41,581 nt of DNA from an uncultured Lachnospiraceae bacterium (lineage in GTDB: Bacteria; Bacillota; Clostridia; Oscillospirales; CAG-272). Positions 37,646 to 41,581 of this stretch are shown here, in pieces. The notes beneath the pieces were generated by a model. It made no database searches. It was not told the DNA's origin and saw only the letters and a list, made by a program, of their open reading frames with translations. The stretch is from assembly GCA_964569225.1 (NCBI GenBank), contig CAZMTU010000004.1:1-41581 (forward strand), written 5' to 3'. The position numbers and the translations under genes were made by a program. How positions within the stretch are numbered: position 1 is the stretch's first letter; every line of letters starts with the position of its first letter.

Positions 37646-37674
37646 ATTATACCTATTTTTTATACAAATTTCAA
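37646..37674 (-). promoter_or_regulatory. SigA promoter of the Na/Pi cotransporter
   Basis: TTGAAA-N17-TATAAT. Confidence 0.75.
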
Positions 37675-37709
37675 TAGAAATTTACAACAAACCACCAATT
37701 TAGCGCATA

Positions 37710-37747
37710 TAACAAAACCCTGCCGTAAAAACGGCAGGGTTTTGTTA
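37710..37747 (-). terminator. Intrinsic terminator after the solute-binding protein
   Basis: Perfect 17-bp IR TAACAAAACCCTGCCGT-AAAA-ACGGCAGGGTTTTGTTA. Confidence 0.85.
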
Positions 37748-37770
37748 GTTTAGCGCAATCTTTTATCATT

Positions 37771-39231
37771 TTACGCGTTTTCGCTTAATCTTTCTAAGAT
37801 ATCATCCAACGCAGTCGCCCATGCGCTCTTGCTGGAGGAAGCCTTCCGCTTCAAAACGGATGAGCCGCCTGAATAAGCATCTCTGAAGTAATGCGCAATA
37901 TCATTCAGCGATTTTGAATAAGCAAATGCAAAATCAGTGGTAACGTTGGAACGAATCAGATCGATCATTTCCACAGAGTCCTCATCCCGAGTATACTTAT
38001 ACTTCAGCGCGTTTTCATAGTAAACGGGCGTCACACTTGTATAGCTGGCGGCAGCTAACGCTTCCAATGTAGCGCAGATACCGGGCAGCTTATCGCCTCC
38101 GATAGAATTGGGAATGCCCAAAATAGTAATACCATCGTGAAGCGTAGTCAAATAGGTTGCCTGATTAGTATCCAGCTTCGGCGTAGGAATGATCGCATAA
38201 TCATCTTCCATATCCCGGAAATTTGATGCGGCGGTATAAATTTTATCCACTAAGAAGAGCGCGTTGCCTGAAGCGAAATTAGCGGGACACCAATCCTGCT
38301 CAGTGACTGATACCACGCGAGTCGATTCCAAACCGGTCAGCTCCTTCAGCTTATCCGCAAAGGTTAGGCTGGTTTCATTTCCCAGTGTGATATATGGCTT
38401 GCCTTCCACATCCATTTGGCTGAATTTCACTCCTGCGCCCACAGCCAAACCGTCCAACAGGTCATACGCGCCGGTAATAAAGCCAAACTGGTCGCCGTCA
38501 TTGGCGCTGTCGCTGCCGTCCAAATCCTTATAAGCCAGTGATGACATCTCGATCAGCTTATCCATAGTCCATTCGCCGTTTCGGACAACGGTATAAATAT
38601 CACTTCCGAAAGCGTCTTTATATTCATTATAAATCCGGGTATTGACGTACGTACAGTACATACCGGAAATATAACGAAGAGACAAATCACCGGTTGCCCA
38701 GTAAGCAGCATTGTCAATGGAAATATTATCAATAAACTGCGTGCTCCAATAGGGCTTTGTGAAATCAAGATAACCAATATCGTTGATAATATCGCCTTTC
38801 AAATTGTAAAGCAAACCGTCGAGCGCCAAATCAACAGAAAAATACTGGTACCCCGCTACAATATCATAGTCATCGGATCCCGCCAAAATAGTGGTCTTGG
38901 CGGTGCTTGCCACATTTTCATGGTCAACAGTCTGCACAACCTCAATCGTGACATTCAAGCGCTGCTCTATTAGCTTGTTCCGTTCATAGACGGCAGTCGC
39001 CACAATATCGGCATCATCCTCATCTGCTTCAAAGGAAAGCAGGGTGGTTTCGTCCTCCGCACAGATAATTTTAATATCCTGTCCGCCAAAATCCATGGTT
39101 TCGGGAAGTGAATCCGCATACTTGGAATCACCTATCCCATTGGAACTGCTTGGATTCTTTTCTTTGGACGCACATGCCGCCATTGGGATCAATAACGCAG
39201 CAAGCAACAATACACTAATTATTTTTTTCAT
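37771..39231 (-). CDS. Extracellular solute-binding lipoprotein (carbohydrate ABC type)
   Basis: Lipobox MAAC; AVYERN..IE.RLNV, GEWTMDKL, FASGNALF, IIPTPK; AAGGAG RBS before ATG 39231. Confidence 0.85.
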   Translation of the reverse strand: MKKIISVLLLAALLIPMAACASKEKNPSSSNGIGDSKYADSLPETMDFGGQDIKIICAEDETTLLSFEADEDDADIVATAVYERNKLIEQRLNVTIEVVQTVDHENVASTAKTTILAGSDDYDIVAGYQYFSVDLALDGLLYNLKGDIINDIGYLDFTKPYWSTQFIDNISIDNAAYWATGDLSLRYISGMYCTYVNTRIYNEYKDAFGSDIYTVVRNGEWTMDKLIEMSSLAYKDLDGSDSANDGDQFGFITGAYDLLDGLAVGAGVKFSQMDVEGKPYITLGNETSLTFADKLKELTGLESTRVVSVTEQDWCPANFASGNALFLVDKIYTAASNFRDMEDDYAIIPTPKLDTNQATYLTTLHDGITILGIPNSIGGDKLPGICATLEALAAASYTSVTPVYYENALKYKYTRDEDSVEMIDLIRSNVTTDFAFAYSKSLNDIAHYFRDAYSGGSSVLKRKASSSKSAWATALDDILERLSENA

Positions 39232-39296
39232 AAGCTCGTTACTCCTTTGTAACACTCAGTGAAATACTATTGTTCAAATTTTTATTTATTGGGTGA

Positions 39297-39327
39297 CGTC
39301 TGCCTGCCGATCTCCGGCAGACAGACG
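39297..39327 (-). other. Intergenic 13-bp stem-loop without U tract
   Basis: CGTCTGTCTGCCG-GAGAT-CGGCAGGCAGACG, fully paired on the minus strand. Confidence 0.55.
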
Positions 39328-39367
39328 CCGGTTTTAACTCGTTACACGAGTCGGAAAGGTTATTGCA

Positions 39368-41482
39368 TTATTTTGCATTGTAAAGCTGGAACTCATACAA
39401 ACGCACAGTTCCCACCGATGAATTATCCGCGTTGTACACTTTCAGCAGCAGATAACGAGCGCTTTGATTGCCAATATTGAAGGAAGCGGAGGCTTCGTTG
39501 CAGGAGGGCTGATAGTCTACCGAGGTCCAGTTAACGGCATCGTCAGAAATCAGAAGCTCCCACTCAGTCATATTGCCGTAGGTTTCCTGAGTCTTGGTAT
39601 TGAAAATCGTGTAGGTATTAAAGGTTTTCTCTTCACCCAAGTCAATAATCACCCACTGCTGCGTGCCATCCAGCGCATAGGTTTTATCCTTGGAGGTAGA
39701 GGTAGTGGAACACCATTTTGTAGTGGGATCGCCGTCGATCAGCATTGCGGCGCCTTCCGCATCTTTTGTCTGACCGGACACCTTGTAAATAGACGCGTCA
39801 GCACACAGATTTTCGCCCTCTGTCACAACATCCGCCAAACGGTCGGCCGTTTTATCGCCGGTTACCTTATCTGTCACCATAGGATAAACAGGATTTTCAA
39901 CATTAGGCAAATTCTCGGTAAGGAAATTGTCTGTAAAATCCCCAAAGCCCTTGAAATCCCATGTACCGTTTTTAAATTCAGTCGCGTACTGCTTGCGGAT
40001 ATCTTCCATGCAATCGAATCCGGTGATTTCCTTTACAATCGTATTAAAGACATTGGTGGTATCAAAGGGATTGTCGTTTTGACCGGTAAGGCGACCGTTC
40101 TTGATTTCAAAATTAATCGTATCAACTAAACCGTATACCAGATTGCCGTCTTCGTCCATAGTGGTTGGCCAGTGATCATCCAGATACGTAAAGAACCACT
40201 TGCTTCCGTCGCCGTAAGGCTCATATCCGGTACTGTCCTTTGTCCAATCGTAGAGAGAATTTTGATCGGCATCCTGATAAAGTTGAACAAAACGACCGTC
40301 AGACCAGTGATGATAACGGAAGCCGCCGTAATTCGCCATATTTTCAGTCCACCAGGTAGAAGATAGGTTATATTGCTGTACTTGATGGGTAATTTCGTGA
40401 GAAAAGAAGCCTATATCAGTCGGATCCTTGCAGTAAGAAGTGTTTACGACCACAATTCTGCCAATGCTGTAAGCCACACCGTCATAAGTAGAATCGGCAA
40501 TATAAGTAACAACCTTCGGCTCGCTGCCGATCCCCCATCTTGCATAAAGCTTTGGATAAGTCTTATAGAACTGTTCGATCAGAGCGTCCTGATAGTTTTC
40601 GTTTGGAACCAAGTCCCAGTCACCCGCAAACTGCAAATGGTAGGTATCACTGTAAGGATCTACCCCATCGGTGATTGTAATCGGCACAGAAGCCAATACA
40701 CTTCCGCCGCAGGAAAGATTAACCCAATATTCACCCGGATCCACCCAAGGAATAGAAAGCTTACCGGTGGCGATAAAGGTGCCGTTTTCACCGGTAGGAA
40801 TCACATTGATTTGATATACAGAGCCTTCCGTGTCTGTTTTATTTTTGCCGATACAAACTTGATATGTGGTTTTCAAATTTACATAAAAGTCAATTTTCAA
40901 ATATGCTCCGCATTCCCCCGAAACCGAAGAATAAGCCGGCATAGCGCGCAGCGTTAAGGTCTGGAGGAAAATATAAACGGTCTTTTCATCCTTTACCTCT
41001 AAAAATGCCGCGCCCACATTGGAAAGCCCTCCTACATAAGAGGAATCAACCGTAATAGTATTGTTAGCGGAAACCTTGTAGTACACCTTCTTGTAATCCT
41101 TGTACTTAGCGTAATACGCGCCTTCATCATCCTCAAATGCTTTGCGCAAATCCGAACCGGTACCCATAAAATCGTACTTACTGTAATCAATACCGGAATT
41201 GATTTTCCAAATTTCATCGGTAGTTGTAGCAGTATAGCCGTCGAAGGTGAGCGTCTGTACTTCCGGTGCCTGATCCGAAACAGCTGTCAGCGTGGTGGTA
41301 TCGGTACCAAGCTGCACATCGTCTTTATGATCGTCTCCATCGGGTTTAATGGGTCCGAAAGTCGGAATAGTCGTTTCCGCAGTGGATTCCGCAGAAATGG
41401 TGTCAGGCGTTTCAGTGTCATTGCAGCCTGCAAAATTCACCAAAAGCGCTGCCATCAGCAAAATAAGCAGTGTTTTTTTCAT
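39368..41482 (-). CDS. Lipoprotein with BSP-type zinc peptidase domain and C-terminal F5/8 type C (CBM32-like) domain
   Basis: Lipobox FAGC; DGVAY, SHEITHQVQ, WWTENMANY; C-terminal LIDGDPTTKW, WVIIDLG, SDDAVNWT, ARYL, LYEFQLY. Confidence 0.82.
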   Translation of the reverse strand: MKKTLLILLMAALLVNFAGCNDTETPDTISAESTAETTIPTFGPIKPDGDDHKDDVQLGTDTTTLTAVSDQAPEVQTLTFDGYTATTTDEIWKINSGIDYSKYDFMGTGSDLRKAFEDDEGAYYAKYKDYKKVYYKVSANNTITVDSSYVGGLSNVGAAFLEVKDEKTVYIFLQTLTLRAMPAYSSVSGECGAYLKIDFYVNLKTTYQVCIGKNKTDTEGSVYQINVIPTGENGTFIATGKLSIPWVDPGEYWVNLSCGGSVLASVPITITDGVDPYSDTYHLQFAGDWDLVPNENYQDALIEQFYKTYPKLYARWGIGSEPKVVTYIADSTYDGVAYSIGRIVVVNTSYCKDPTDIGFFSHEITHQVQQYNLSSTWWTENMANYGGFRYHHWSDGRFVQLYQDADQNSLYDWTKDSTGYEPYGDGSKWFFTYLDDHWPTTMDEDGNLVYGLVDTINFEIKNGRLTGQNDNPFDTTNVFNTIVKEITGFDCMEDIRKQYATEFKNGTWDFKGFGDFTDNFLTENLPNVENPVYPMVTDKVTGDKTADRLADVVTEGENLCADASIYKVSGQTKDAEGAAMLIDGDPTTKWCSTTSTSKDKTYALDGTQQWVIIDLGEEKTFNTYTIFNTKTQETYGNMTEWELLISDDAVNWTSVDYQPSCNEASASFNIGNQSARYLLLKVYNADNSSVGTVRLYEFQLYNAK

Positions 41483-41527
41483 ATTTTCTGACCTTTCTTA
41501 GCAAATAACTTGCCATATGCTTTGTAT

Positions 41528-41558
41528 ATTTTAACACATTTCGCTTGAAATTTCAAGC
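41528..41558 (-). promoter_or_regulatory. SigA promoter with palindromic operator over the -35
   Basis: TTGAAA-N17-TAAAAT with extended TG; perfect palindrome GCTTGAAATTTCAAGC at 41543-41558. Confidence 0.65.
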
Positions 41559-41581
41559 ATTCATTTTGCCGAAATTATCGA

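Noticed and set aside
37586-39323. 13-bp direct repeat TCTCCGGCAGACA at 37586-37598 and 39311-39323 flanking the solute-binding gene
   Set aside because: A few 13-bp matches are expected by chance in 41 kb; no mobility gene or other sign of insertion
39464-40957. Long antisense ORFs (221 and 194 aa) and similar shadow ORFs across the window
   Set aside because: They lie opposite well-supported genes and show no recognisable motifs

Overview
Chromosomal segment from a spore-forming Clostridia-like bacterium (inferred from sigK, spoIVB, a SipL-like SPOCS/LysM coat protein and Firmicutes-type promoters). In window order it holds: a housekeeping block on the minus strand (lysS, greA, S41 protease, M23 coiled-coil protein, ftsX, ftsE, CdaR-family regulator, rsmE); a sporulation block (spoIVB, sipL-like, uninterrupted sigK); a Ppx/GppA gene, a SpoU methyltransferase, two XRE regulators and a degenerate PRK06851-like protein; ispE and a DUF362-ferredoxin; two tandem AI-2E transporters sharing a long coiled-coil insert; a secreted PI-PLC; an M16C peptidase; a Zn/Mn-type ABC operon headed by a small Cys/His ORF and an attenuator-like hairpin; ppk, ppx and a Na/Pi cotransporter; an orphan solute-binding lipoprotein; and a BSP-peptidase/F5-8C lipoprotein. 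I found no rRNA, tRNA, CRISPR array, transposase or integrase. The best leads are: (1) a candidate metal-sensing leader-ORF/attenuator in front of the metal ABC operon; (2) an unannotated ~610-nt transcription unit (near-consensus promoter, 54-aa ORF, structured tail, terminal hairpin) at 31.7-32.4 kb; (3) a ~260-nt promoter-to-terminator unit downstream of spoIVB; (4) the AI-2E pair; (5) two apparent pseudoenzymes. All family calls come from motifs recognised by eye, and no database searches were run.
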